In this document: positions 19,638-28,283 of the stretch, in pieces | Layout of the letters: each line of letters begins with the position of its first letter | Position numbering within the stretch: position 1 is the first letter of the stretch | Source: a virus | Lineage: Duplodnaviria > Caudoviricetes | Reading direction: 5' to 3' (one strand) | DNA length: 61,217 nt | Virus record (IMG/VR): IMGVR_UViG_3300027741_000065 | Coordinates: 1 to 61,217 of that record | Made by a program: the position numbers and the translations under genes | Notes under the pieces: model-generated | Seen by the model: only the letters and a program-made list of their open reading frames with translations | What the model was told of the DNA's origin: nothing | Databases searched by the model: none

Positions 19638-19932
19638 GCTTCATCTCCAGGTAGTTGATGATTGTGGCAGACTTGAGGATGGCAATGTTCAGGTTTTCAA
19701 TCTCCAAATCCTGCTGAGCCTCCACCTCTGAAGTCGCTTCATTCATTTTTGTATATATATCCAATGCATTTTCCAAATCCTTAATCCTATTTTTAAGAAT
19801 TTTGCCTTCAGCCTTCTCGGCCTCCAGTGCCCTGATCAACTCTTCCTCATCTTTGATGGATAGCTGGAGTGCTGAGTTTAGGTTGTTGCAAACCTTCTCC
19901 CAGCCTTCAATGGTTTTTGGTTTCTTAGTCAT
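19615..19932 (-). CDS. Coiled-coil hypothetical protein
   Basis: Start taken at MTKKPK; heptad pattern. Confidence 0.55.
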   Translation of the reverse strand: MTKKPKTIEGWEKVCNNLNSALQLSIKDEEELIRALEAEKAEGKILKNRIKDLENALDIYTKMNEATSEVEAQQDLEIENLNIAILKSATIINYLEMKLERANSV

Positions 19933-20182
19933 CCCAAGGATCCTTTTGTGTTGCCATTGGTTTTGCATTGGTATCCGCTTTAAGAGAAACCATTCGGTTG
20001 CCGTTCTTGTCCTTCTTGAGCCAAGCGCCAAGCTTGATCACAACAACTCCATCCTCGGAGGCATCGATCATGGCCAGGAGATAGTCCCGCTCAAACTTGA
20101 TATCGCCGTTCATGTCGGGCGCGGTTTCTTTGGTCTTGCGGGTGTTGGTGAGAAGTAGTCCGCTGTTTGGGTAATCCATCAT
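19925..20182 (-). CDS. Small ssDNA-binding-like protein (DUF736-like)
   Basis: NSGLL..N..K..PD.NG.I..GAW..K..G..SL pattern, acidic/aromatic tail DPWDD, next to erf. Confidence 0.6.
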   Translation of the reverse strand: MMDYPNSGLLLTNTRKTKETAPDMNGDIKFERDYLLAMIDASEDGVVVIKLGAWLKKDKNGNRMVSLKADTNAKPMATQKDPWDD

Positions 20183-20886
20183 TGATCCTTAAATTTTGCT
20201 TTGTTTTCTTTAAACATATCCATGATTTGGTCATAGATCTCGGGTGACTCAGTTTTGGCTTTTTCGTAAAGGCTGCGGTTAACCTTGAACATTTCCTTAA
20301 CTTGCTCTTCGCTTGTGGCAAAGGTAAGTTTGAGTTTTGTTGCACTAGCCAACAGTGCGCTCCAGTCGGCTGGGTCTTTGGCGTGGACTGTAATAGTCCA
20401 TTCCGGGCTTGTTTCCACGTAGGGAGGGGGCAGGGTATCACCCTTCACTTGCTTGGGCGGAATGGCCTGGACAATTGGCTCTCGGGGCACAAAGGTAGAT
20501 GCCTTTGGGGCTTCCTCGGGCTTGGAGGCGTCCAGCACATCGTGCTCAACTATCTCCATAGCAGTCATCCACAGGTAGCGGCGTTGATAGGTCTCAACCG
20601 CACCCAAGTTTTGGATGGGGTGTGCTCCCTTCAGTTCCGCCTTAGCCATAGGGCTGGTGATAATGATCTGAGTGCCGTCATCCACATCGGTAAGGGTAAG
20701 GATGGCGTACTCAGTCGTGTAGGAGACAACCCCACAGATCCCAACATCAGCCAAGATGGTTTGGATTGCCGGAAGGAAGTCTCCAAGCTCAAAGTAACTG
20801 TAACCGGCAAACTTGTTCTGTCCGGTCTTCTGTAACTTGGTTCCCTGCAGCCGTATGCGGGACACCATCAGTTTGTTATGTATCAT
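20179..20886 (-). CDS. erf: ERF-family single-strand annealing protein
   Basis: KTGQNKFAGYSYFEL.D..IQNLGAVETYQRRY..EIVEHD motifs. Confidence 0.85.
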   Translation of the reverse strand: MIHNKLMVSRIRLQGTKLQKTGQNKFAGYSYFELGDFLPAIQTILADVGICGVVSYTTEYAILTLTDVDDGTQIIITSPMAKAELKGAHPIQNLGAVETYQRRYLWMTAMEIVEHDVLDASKPEEAPKASTFVPREPIVQAIPPKQVKGDTLPPPYVETSPEWTITVHAKDPADWSALLASATKLKLTFATSEEQVKEMFKVNRSLYEKAKTESPEIYDQIMDMFKENKAKFKDQ

Positions 20887-20903
20887 TTTTTTCCTTAAAG
20901 GGT

Positions 20904-20966
20904 GGGGGTACTCGCTGCACCGCTCGTGGATGAACCCACAATGTTGGCGGCATCCGCTTTCCCCCC
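20904..20966 (-). ncRNA. Structured leader upstream of erf with loop-E-like motif
   Basis: GGGGG-GAA..AGTA-CCCCC closing nested stems TGCCGC/GCGGTG and TGTGG/CCACG. Confidence 0.45.
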
Positions 20967-21103
20967 GAAACTTACTTACGTTTGCTCCAGCGACCTAGGA
21001 AAAAGCCGCTGCAAAGAACAACCACCATTCCTAGACACAATGTGCGTAATCCACGCAGCAACAACCCAGATGGGTAATCCCACAAACAATAAATCCTTCA
21101 TAC

Positions 21104-21514
21104 TTACTCCTTTTCCAGACGATCACACAGCTGATTTAGCCGCTTTATGGCTAAGGATATTTGCCCCTCCACTTCATCTGGCGGGAGAGTTTCAAACAAA
21201 AACTTTCCCTCTGTAACTTTGGTTAAGTTAAAAAGAAAGCTCTCCGCCTCTTGAAGCTCGTTGTAAATCACAATAGCCTCTGACTCTTTAGTTCCTCTTG
21301 CCATCAGTTGCTTACGCTCCTCTAGCAATTCAGCAATCATCTTCAGGTGCTCTTTGTGCCTATCCTCCATCGTTTGAACCAGCCGCTGAAAGTCAGCTAC
21401 CCAGCCCGACATCTTTCGGGTCAAGATATCTCCGTGCCACCAAATGTGGTCAGTAGTAATACCTTCTGTCTTGACATCAACCTCTTTGATGCCACTCTCT
21501 TCCATCCATTTCAT
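21104..21514 (-). CDS. Hypothetical protein
   Basis: AAGGAG RBS, operon position. Confidence 0.65.
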   Translation of the reverse strand: MKWMEESGIKEVDVKTEGITTDHIWWHGDILTRKMSGWVADFQRLVQTMEDRHKEHLKMIAELLEERKQLMARGTKESEAIVIYNELQEAESFLFNLTKVTEGKFLFETLPPDEVEGQISLAIKRLNQLCDRLEKE

Positions 21515-21516
21515 AC

Positions 21517-22395
21517 TTACTCCTTGGTTTTAAGATACTCTTGATGCTGATTGCACCACTTACTAACAGAGCAGAAACTTTCACAGCGCGTCCGTTCACC
21601 TGGGCGCACCTCAATCTCGTACTCCTTCCCGTACTCAGCCAGCTTAGCCCGAGCTTCCTCATCGGTGTTAAAGACGTTTCGCGCCTTAACTCCACCAATC
21701 TTTTTAACCGCATAGGTAGTCTGCTTCTCCCACATCTCTGATGGGGTGCAGTGCGGTAGTTCATCTCCAGTCTCCATATCAAACAATGCGTTGGAATGCA
21801 TCGAGACACGGCCTTCTACAAAGTCTTGCTGCTCTTCGTAAGACCAAAGCCGAATGGGAATAACCTTGACGGGCGCATCGGGGTAGGACGCCTTGACCGC
21901 GGCATCCCTGCGACTCCAGTCTCGGATGATGGCTACGATCTCCAAACCGCTTACGTTGGCTTCCTTGACCTTCCTGACAAGCCACGCATAGATGTTTAGC
22001 TGGAGCTCCCAGTCAATCTTCTCATTCATAACCGACCATGCGCCAACAGTCTTGTAGTCGTTAACGGTGATAGTTCCATCCTCATTCACGATCTGAAGAT
22101 CTATAGCACCTGATATAGACCAGCCGTCAACTTCGGTATGCAGCCGCTCTTCTACTAGGTGGTTCTTGTCCCGTCCGTGCTCCAGTACACCGTGGATGGC
22201 CGTACCAAAGATAGACCAAACCATATCGCTTACGTCCTGCTCTATCTCTTCGGCGTGCATCTTTCGCAGCTGAACGATACGCGGGGAAGAGATTAGCTCT
22301 GTAACAGAGATGTTGGCCTTACCCTTGGAGTAGGTAGGGCGGCGCAGGACGTTAACGAACGTCTGTGGGAGGTTGTGCTTGTTAGTTAGGATCAT
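21517..22395 (-). CDS. PD-(D/E)XK (Cas4/RecB-like) exonuclease
   Basis: SVTEL..GTAIH..ISGAIDL..DYKT..QLNIY, C-terminal Cys cluster; start MILTNK. Confidence 0.85.
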   Translation of the reverse strand: MILTNKHNLPQTFVNVLRRPTYSKGKANISVTELISSPRIVQLRKMHAEEIEQDVSDMVWSIFGTAIHGVLEHGRDKNHLVEERLHTEVDGWSISGAIDLQIVNEDGTITVNDYKTVGAWSVMNEKIDWELQLNIYAWLVRKVKEANVSGLEIVAIIRDWSRRDAAVKASYPDAPVKVIPIRLWSYEEQQDFVEGRVSMHSNALFDMETGDELPHCTPSEMWEKQTTYAVKKIGGVKARNVFNTDEEARAKLAEYGKEYEIEVRPGERTRCESFCSVSKWCNQHQEYLKTKE

Positions 22396-22429
22396 GCTCT
22401 TCCTGTAGAATTGTTGTGTTGGGCAACAC

Positions 22430-22459
22430 ATTGTACCCATATCTTATCATGTATTGCAA
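22430..22459 (-). promoter_or_regulatory. Sigma70-like promoter of recombination operon
   Basis: TTGCAA-N18-TACAAT on minus strand. Confidence 0.55.
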
Positions 22460-22480
22460 GCATAGGTGAAAAATAAATTT

Positions 22481-22795
22481 ATGGCCGCAACTCCAACTCA
22501 GCTAAGCCTCAAGCACATGAGGGAGAACGGCTTCTACGCAGAAGTAGTGGAGAGGTACAACTCCTTCACCAAGCGGAAGAATGACTTCGCCGGCTTCATA
22601 GACATCCTATGCCTAGGTCAGGGCTCTGTGATAGGGGTGCAGACCACCAGCTGGTCCAATACATCAGCCAGGATGAAGAAGATCTTGGAGCACGAGAACC
22701 TGGACATCGTGCGTGACGCCGGAATCAAGATAGAAGTACATGGATGGCAAAAGAAAGATAACCGTTGGCAAGTCAAAGTAATTCATGTAGAATGA
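22481..22795 (+). CDS. Small PD-(D/E)XK nuclease (possible Holliday junction resolvase)
   Basis: EVVER..DFAGFIDIL..IGVQTTS..IEVHGW. Confidence 0.65.
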   Translation: MAATPTQLSLKHMRENGFYAEVVERYNSFTKRKNDFAGFIDILCLGQGSVIGVQTTSWSNTSARMKKILEHENLDIVRDAGIKIEVHGWQKKDNRWQVKVIHVE

Positions 22796-22828
22796 TGGCG
22801 TGTCTCTCCTTGGTCTTTACTGGCCTTT

Positions 22829-22854
22829 ACCCCTAGGAAACTGGGGGTTTTTTT
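22829..22854 (+). terminator. Intrinsic terminator
   Basis: ACCCCTAG-GAAA-CTGGGGGT followed by T run. Confidence 0.75.
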
Positions 22855-23043
22855 ACTGTATCAACTGTTACAGTCAACATGGCTGGGGATTGTGGTTCGC
22901 CGTTACTAGAACCATCCTTGCAAGGCAGTCCTTAGCCATGTTGGTACAACTAATAACACACCCCGCCTTGGGTGCCGAGGACTAGGTTCGCCCCGTCCCT
23001 TGAAGAAATCGGTTATGGCTACCAACTTTTTTTTGTAAAGTTC

Positions 23044-23071
23044 TTGCGCAACGCAAAAACTCGTGTACACT
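23044..23071 (+). promoter_or_regulatory. Putative promoter of ncRNA region
   Basis: TTGCGC-N16-TACACT. Confidence 0.4.
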
Positions 23072-23078
23072 ACGCTCC

Positions 23079-23170
23079 GTTGTAGTCGTTCACAACAGTT
23101 TGAAAGCCGTTACTCATGCATTGGCCTCCATCTCGGAGGGAACGACCCAGTGCAGTAGTAACGGTTTTTT
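23079..23170 (+). ncRNA. C4/P4-CI-like structured RNA with upstream complementary loop
   Basis: Nested stems 23102-14/23157-69, 23117-24/23147-54, 23125-29/23135-39; bulge GAACGAC complementary to loop GTCGTTC at 23085-91. Confidence 0.55.
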
Positions 23171-23527
23171 TCGTTTCCGACTCCAACCGTACTCCATACG
23201 TTAGTAAGTGGTTGCCTCGCCAGCGTGGAAGAAAAGACAGAACCTCGGTGTGACCCGCACCTCCGAAGTAGCGTAAGCCAAAAGGAATAAACAAGATTGC
23301 TAGAAATAGCACAAACCCTAGTACGCTGGGAGATGATCGACAAGCCGGTGAAGACTGGCTTTATCGGGATTCCAGGGGAGGGCGGCATGGCCTGCCGTAG
23401 ACTGCATAAAAACCAGTCATCCGCATCTTGATAAAGAGTCGTAAATCGTCCCTAGTCCCAACAGCTGTAACAGCCTGGGGGAGGGAGGGTAAACGGGTAA
23501 GAGGGCTTAGCAGTGGCTATGTAACAG

Positions 23528-23557
23528 TTGACGTTGCTAAAATTCATGTGTTATGAT
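23528..23557 (+). promoter_or_regulatory. Sigma70 promoter of rightward small-gene operon
   Basis: TTGACG-N18-TATGAT with extended -10 TG. Confidence 0.6.
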
Positions 23558-23575
23558 TTAGACCAAGGAAGCAAA

Positions 23576-23761
23576 ATGATTAAGTACATCAAGAAACTTA
23601 TGGCTGGACCAACCGGCCTAGAGACTGCAGCAGCCGAGCTAGAGGAGGCTTACCTAGAGCTTCTATCGGCTCAGACAGCCGTTGACTACTCCCGTAGTGT
23701 TGTGGCGTACAACGAAACCCGCATCGCTCGCTTAGAGGCATACATCAAGGAGGCGAAATGA
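23576..23761 (+). CDS. Hypothetical protein
   Basis: AAGGAAG RBS; helical. Confidence 0.7.
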   Translation: MIKYIKKLMAGPTGLETAAAELEEAYLELLSAQTAVDYSRSVVAYNETRIARLEAYIKEAK

Positions 23762-23967
23762 ACTGCTGCGACGGCAACTGTAACCAAGGTAAAGACTGCC
23801 CTCTTAGGGCTAAAAGAGAATCTGTGTTCTCTTACGTCGTCAAGTTCTTTGCCGTCATCGGCATCTATGCCTTCATCATGTTTTTCTTGGGCTACCTGTG
23901 GGCAAGCGTCCCGCTGGTGAAAGAACGTACCTGTACACCTGACCTTATGGATAGGATATTCAAATGA
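23758..23967 (+). CDS. Small membrane protein with CCDGNCNQGKDCP motif
   Basis: ATGA overlap, one TM helix. Confidence 0.7.
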   Translation: MNCCDGNCNQGKDCPLRAKRESVFSYVVKFFAVIGIYAFIMFFLGYLWASVPLVKERTCTPDLMDRIFK

Positions 23968-24218
23968 ACACACAACCCGAAGCATTAAAGTTGGCTGACG
24001 CGCTTGAAAAGCAGAAGGACTGCCATCTGCAATTGATCAAATCCGCCGCCGAACTTCGCCGCCTGCATGCACTGGAGGCTGATGCTCTGCGCTATCGCTT
24101 TATCCGTGATGTGCCTTACAGCGACTACATACACAACGTGATGACGCATCAAAAAAATCACGTTATGAATGCAGCTATCGACGCAGCCATTGCCAAAGCA
24201 GAAGGAGAGAAAGCGTGA
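23964..24218 (+). CDS. Hypothetical phage protein
   Basis: QPEALKLADAL..AAELRRLH..DALRYRF motifs. Confidence 0.7.
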   Translation: MNTQPEALKLADALEKQKDCHLQLIKSAAELRRLHALEADALRYRFIRDVPYSDYIHNVMTHQKNHVMNAAIDAAIAKAEGEKA

Positions 24219-24319
24219 CTTGGCCCTTCCCACCATTTCCCATGCCCCCGCAGGCGCCGGTCAAGGACACCAAGCCCGCGCCAATTAACCCCGATGACTT
24301 TGAGGACGCACTGATATGA
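24215..24319 (+). CDS. 34-aa Pro-rich peptide (MTWPFPP..DDFEDALI)
   Basis: GGAG RBS, GTGA and ATGA overlaps; not in ORF track. Confidence 0.6.
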   Translation: MTWPFPPFPMPPQAPVKDTKPAPINPDDFEDALI

Positions 24320-24537
24320 AAGTAAAAGAACTGATTGAGAAGCTGCAAGAGTTTGACCCCGAGCTTATGGTGGTACGCCCCGGATACGAGGGTGGCGAGA
24401 CCGAGATTAATTACGCAAACATTATGTTGCTCGCGCTTAACGTCAACGAGGAGTGGTACTACGGCGAGCATGACGAAGTGGAAGATACCACCACATGGCC
24501 CAAACACGAGCACGCGCAAGCGGTGGGGTTGTCATGA
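24316..24537 (+). CDS. Hypothetical phage protein
   Basis: MKVKELIEKLQEFDPE..GYEGG. Confidence 0.75.
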   Translation: MKVKELIEKLQEFDPELMVVRPGYEGGETEINYANIMLLALNVNEEWYYGEHDEVEDTTTWPKHEHAQAVGLS

Positions 24538-24740
24538 AGATCACAATCGAATTTAATCTCCCCGAAGACGGGGACAAATACCGAAGCACAATCAACTCGG
24601 GCGCTGCTTGGGATGCCTTGCAGCAAGTCCACTACGAACTTAAGCAGCATCTGAAACACGGTGCTGCATTGAATTTGGAACAGCTACTCGCCTTTGTATC
24701 GGAAACTATATCAACATCAGACCAAGGACTAGAACTATGA
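24534..24740 (+). CDS. Hypothetical phage protein
   Basis: MKITIEFNLPED start, ATGA overlaps. Confidence 0.7.
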   Translation: MKITIEFNLPEDGDKYRSTINSGAAWDALQQVHYELKQHLKHGAALNLEQLLAFVSETISTSDQGLEL

Positions 24741-25351
24741 AACTCTATAACGTGCCAAGAAATAGCAAGATCATGCTAAGTGATGGTGTGGTTCTCTTAT
24801 TCCACCATATTGATGGGATGTACAGCGTGTGTACAGATGAGAACGGCGACATATACCACATCAGCGCCAGCGAAGAAGTAACTGTGATGACTAAAGACGA
24901 AGCATTGAAGCTGGCGCTTGAGGCGCTGGAAACTTGCGGCGACGATGAGTGGCATACAGATGATGACTTTGGAATGATGCAAACGTATGATGCCGACAAA
25001 GTAAATCAAGCCATCACCGCAATCAAAGAAGCATTGGCGCAGCCAGCGCAGGAGCCTGTGGCGTGGGGTGTATTTGAGGGAAACTTGCACGACCTGTTCT
25101 TTACGCAAGCGGAAGCACAGGAGATGGCGGCGCTAAAAGGTAGCCATGCAAAAGTTCGGCCCCTCTACACCGCCCCACCACAGCGCGAATGGGTAGGGCT
25201 GACGGATGAGGAGATTAAAACTATTTTGTCACAAATTTATTGCGATATAAATCAAATGAAATTAACGCTTGGCGATGGACCACAAAAAGAAACAGTAGGA
25301 TTTCTTTTTGCCAAAGGTATTGAGCAAGCCTTGAAGGGGAAGAACACATGA
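24737..25351 (+). CDS. Hypothetical protein (QEPVAW/WVGLTDEE modules), possibly a fusion
   Basis: HHIDGMYS module followed in frame by MTKDEALKLALEAL..QEPVAW..PLYTAPP..WVGLTDEEI. Confidence 0.7.
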   Translation: MKLYNVPRNSKIMLSDGVVLLFHHIDGMYSVCTDENGDIYHISASEEVTVMTKDEALKLALEALETCGDDEWHTDDDFGMMQTYDADKVNQAITAIKEALAQPAQEPVAWGVFEGNLHDLFFTQAEAQEMAALKGSHAKVRPLYTAPPQREWVGLTDEEIKTILSQIYCDINQMKLTLGDGPQKETVGFLFAKGIEQALKGKNT

Positions 25352-25539
25352 CACCAGACGACAAGGTTGTCCTATTGGAAAACAAACTGCTGATGATGAG
25401 GGAATGGATAGTGGAGCTTGAAACTCTGCGCGAGGCCAACACCAAAGAACTTCTCATTCTGTCCGAGCTACACCACAAGCTACTGGGGGAGATGAAGGCG
25501 ATCAAGAAAATACGCGCCCAAAAGAAGGGGAACACATGA
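25348..25539 (+). CDS. Hypothetical protein
   Basis: ATGA overlaps on both sides. Confidence 0.6.
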   Translation: MTPDDKVVLLENKLLMMREWIVELETLREANTKELLILSELHHKLLGEMKAIKKIRAQKKGNT

Positions 25540-25772
25540 CACGCAATGAATTGTTGGAACTTGCAAATACGTTCTATACAGGCGGTTTTACCGAAAGAGA
25601 AATTGCGTTCGCACGAGTTATCGCAGCAGCCGAGCGTGAGGCAATAGCCCAAATGTTTGAAGACGCGCCACCATTAGTACAGTTTGCACAGAACGACCGA
25701 GGCGGCTGCATGGTGTGTGGATTTACACCAAAACTGGCAATTGATGCAATCCGAGCAAGGGAGAACACATGA
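25536..25772 (+). CDS. Hypothetical phage protein
   Basis: FARVIAAAEREA..AIRAR motif. Confidence 0.7.
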   Translation: MTRNELLELANTFYTGGFTEREIAFARVIAAAEREAIAQMFEDAPPLVQFAQNDRGGCMVCGFTPKLAIDAIRARENT

Positions 25773-25921
25773 ACAACGAAACGCAACGCATCATGGAAGC
25801 ACTGATGCTGATCTACGGCAGAGATTTGCAAGCAGCGACGATCACGGTGTTGCTCAAAGACGGAGACACTGCGGTGCGCTTTTTAACGTATACCTTGCCA
25901 CAAATGGAGACAGAGAAATGA
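25769..25921 (+). CDS. 50-aa hypothetical protein
   Basis: MNNETQRIMEAL..; ATGA overlaps; not in ORF track. Confidence 0.55.
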   Translation: MNNETQRIMEALMLIYGRDLQAATITVLLKDGDTAVRFLTYTLPQMETEK

Positions 25922-26139
25922 CTGACCAACGCTACTTCGCGGACGGCAGGGAGTTTCTTTACCCCCATGCTGGTGACCCGTCGCCGCCAAAAGATACCAA
26001 GCTGCTGATACTCACCCGTGGCGGGGTGTGCATTGTCGGCTTCTGGGGTAACGAGTGGTGCCTTGGCTGGCTGCCATTGCCAAAGCGTAACAAGGAGAAA
26101 GAAGACCGTGAAAAAGTCCAATCAAATACGGATACGTGA
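25918..26139 (+). CDS. Hypothetical protein (DUF551-like)
   Basis: PPKDTKLLILT..GFW..GWLPLP. Confidence 0.6.
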   Translation: MTDQRYFADGREFLYPHAGDPSPPKDTKLLILTRGGVCIVGFWGNEWCLGWLPLPKRNKEKEDREKVQSNTDT

Positions 26140-26356
26140 ACTGCTACGCGAGGTTGAGGATGGGCTTACGGCGACCGAGATAGCGGTACGTATTGACTCA
26201 GACCACCGCGCAATCATTGCGTCATTGAAGTGCATGCCCGATGCCTACATCGACAGATGGACGGCAGCGTCCTACCAAAAGAAACACAGCGCCGTATGGT
26301 GCGTCGTTGTGCCCCCCGAGCACTGCCCTAAACCCAACCTAAAGGAACCAAAATGA
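26108..26356 (+). CDS. Winged-HTH-like protein
   Basis: GGAG upstream of GTG; IRELL..DGLTATEIA..MPDAYIDRW. Confidence 0.6.
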   Translation: MKKSNQIRIRELLREVEDGLTATEIAVRIDSDHRAIIASLKCMPDAYIDRWTAASYQKKHSAVWCVVVPPEHCPKPNLKEPK

Positions 26357-26610
26357 TATTCTTCACCGATGCTCAACGCCAACACCTGCGCGACCTAAGC
26401 GACGTGCGCGAGGGCAACATTTACCAGACCGTGAACCCCCGCCTCGAGGCCTACCTCATCGCGCTGCGCGACCAGTATCCCGAGAATTTTCACGACAGCA
26501 ACAGTCTTAAAACCCGTGTATTCTTTGATGCCCCTACTTTCCTCTCCGCGCCCTATGCGCGTTCAGTGCGCCCACGTCAAAATTCACCTTACTTGAAAGC
26601 CAGTAAATGA
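26353..26610 (+). CDS. Hypothetical protein
   Basis: AAGGA RBS, ATGA overlap. Confidence 0.65.
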   Translation: MIFFTDAQRQHLRDLSDVREGNIYQTVNPRLEAYLIALRDQYPENFHDSNSLKTRVFFDAPTFLSAPYARSVRPRQNSPYLKASK

Positions 26611-26777
26611 AAGACCTTCCAAATTTCCCTGCCTGGAGTAATCAAAACTTAGCAAATTTTGCAACTGAATCCTATATTCGCATGAAAGAACAGCAAGAAA
26701 CTATTGAGCAACTTAAGCAAGATTTCAAAGATGCAATGGTAGAGTTGCGAAAAATGACCATCAAAAACTTGTCATAA
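26607..26777 (+). CDS. 56-aa hypothetical protein
   Basis: MKDLPNFPAWSNQNLANFA..; ATGA overlap; not in ORF track. Confidence 0.6.
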   Translation: MKDLPNFPAWSNQNLANFATESYIRMKEQQETIEQLKQDFKDAMVELRKMTIKNLS

Positions 26778-26843
26778 AAACTGAAATTTTGATGCTGTAA
26801 GATGCTTTTGCAGCACGTTGCTGCGTTCAATTTGGAGAATATT

Positions 26844-27176
26844 ATGATGTTTACTGTTACAGTTGATTTTGCCGAAAACGGCTACTTTGAGTTTGCAACC
26901 GAGTCAATTTTCCAATTGGCGGAGATGGCCCGAATGTTGGGAAGCCTTGAAGTTGTCGATGAGGATGAGGACTTTGCCGACGACGAGTTCGAGATCCCCG
27001 AAGACATCGCCCACTACTTTGACGATGGCGAAGAGTACGTCTACGATGAGGACGCCGATTGCTACTGCTGGTACGACGAAACTCACGAAGCCTGGTACTG
27101 GCTGAACGTTGAAACAGGCGAGTGGTTGCTTGTGGAAGATGTGGAAGGTTTTGAAGTCGAAGCCGAAGACGAATGA
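26844..27176 (+). CDS. Extremely acidic, aromatic-rich protein (DNA-mimic candidate)
   Basis: GGAG RBS; ~38 D/E, 1 R and 0 K in 110 aa. Confidence 0.7.
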   Translation: MMFTVTVDFAENGYFEFATESIFQLAEMARMLGSLEVVDEDEDFADDEFEIPEDIAHYFDDGEEYVYDEDADCYCWYDETHEAWYWLNVETGEWLLVEDVEGFEVEAEDE

Positions 27177-27182
27177 TCTTGT

Positions 27183-27231
27183 AAAGACAAAGTACTGATA
27201 TTTATGTCAATTTATCGGTACTTTGTTCTTT
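27183..27231. terminator. Long inverted repeat between convergent genes
   Basis: AAAGACAAAGTACTGATA / TATCGGTACTTTGTTCTTT. Confidence 0.5.
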
Positions 27232-28207
27232 AGAAAGCAAATACGTCAATAACTTCACCTCTAAATTCTATTTTGCCCTCATCCCATTTATGCACAAGTT
27301 CAGGCCACAACAGCTTTCCATCCTTGATTGTCAAAACAGCAAAGCCCGACCTATGGTTCTGCGGGTTCTCTTCGGCATAGTCAAATTGGGGTCCGCTGGG
27401 CTCAGCCAATGTGCCGGTGTCTACCCCATACCTATTCCCAGAATAATCCGCATAGGGCGTTACCTTAAGCGCGTGAAGATGCCCAGTTACGATGGATTTA
27501 CCAGCAGAAACCGTGTTGTTGTGAGTAGCGTGGACGCCGCCTTTGTATCGGTGCTTCACAATTATGTTGTCGGTGGCCCAAACTGACATGCAAAATTCCC
27601 AATCTGGAAAATGGTCAGATAGTTTGAAGCCTGGTGTATGTACATATTGTGGTGCATTTGCCGCTAAGCGCATTTCAAACCGCGCATCATGGTTGCCCAT
27701 TGTGTACACAAGCCGAACGTTGTGTCGCGCTGCCTTGGACTTCTCAACGATCTCGCCAAGCATTTCCTTGCAAGCCTTGAGTTCGTCAATCACACTCGGT
27801 GTTCTAGTCCAGCCCAGAGGTGGATGGCGAGAGATAGATGCACCGTCAAAAGCATCCCCATTGCAAATAACTGCTTTCGGTTGTAATTTTTCAATCGCCC
27901 ACAATAAACCTTGAAAAGCAGTAGTCCGTATCCCAGGCCAGAAATGAGCGTCAGAAAAAACAATAACCGTTCCATTTTCAATCCCAAGTTCAGTCTTTGG
28001 TCTAACGGGGGAGTAAGTGTACCGTGGCTGGTCAACAGACTGTACCGGCCTGTTGGTTTCCAGCTTCACGTTTTGCGAGACTTGAATGGAATTCCGCTTT
28101 GCGTAAACAGTTCTCTCGGAGATGCCGGTAATTTTTGCAATCTTCGTTGGGGACTGGTGCGTATTCCACAACTCAATAAATTCCTGATCAGAAATGGCAG
28201 ATTTCAT
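27230..28207 (-). CDS. Calcineurin-like metallophosphoesterase with N-terminal HTH
   Basis: SDAH, NGDAFD, GNHD, GHLH motifs; IAKITGISERTVY HTH. Confidence 0.85.
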   Translation of the reverse strand: MKSAISDQEFIELWNTHQSPTKIAKITGISERTVYAKRNSIQVSQNVKLETNRPVQSVDQPRYTYSPVRPKTELGIENGTVIVFSDAHFWPGIRTTAFQGLLWAIEKLQPKAVICNGDAFDGASISRHPPLGWTRTPSVIDELKACKEMLGEIVEKSKAARHNVRLVYTMGNHDARFEMRLAANAPQYVHTPGFKLSDHFPDWEFCMSVWATDNIIVKHRYKGGVHATHNNTVSAGKSIVTGHLHALKVTPYADYSGNRYGVDTGTLAEPSGPQFDYAEENPQNHRSGFAVLTIKDGKLLWPELVHKWDEGKIEFRGEVIDVFAF

Positions 28208-28283
28208 GGTAGTCCTTTAGAGCAAACTTTTTAACCTTATCACATTTGCGTTACCTCATTACTAATTTTTAACTGGAGAGAAA

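Noticed and set aside
20976-21101. 41-aa minus-strand ORF MKDLLFVGLPIW, possibly frameshifted
   Set aside because: It has an RBS, but I cannot tell a real gene from a remnant without homologs.
21517-22395. CRISPR-associated Cas4
   Set aside because: No array or other cas genes are present; its position next to erf indicates a recombination exonuclease.
22856-22874. Canonical SOS box
   Set aside because: CTGT and ACAG are spaced by 1 or 10 nt, not 8.
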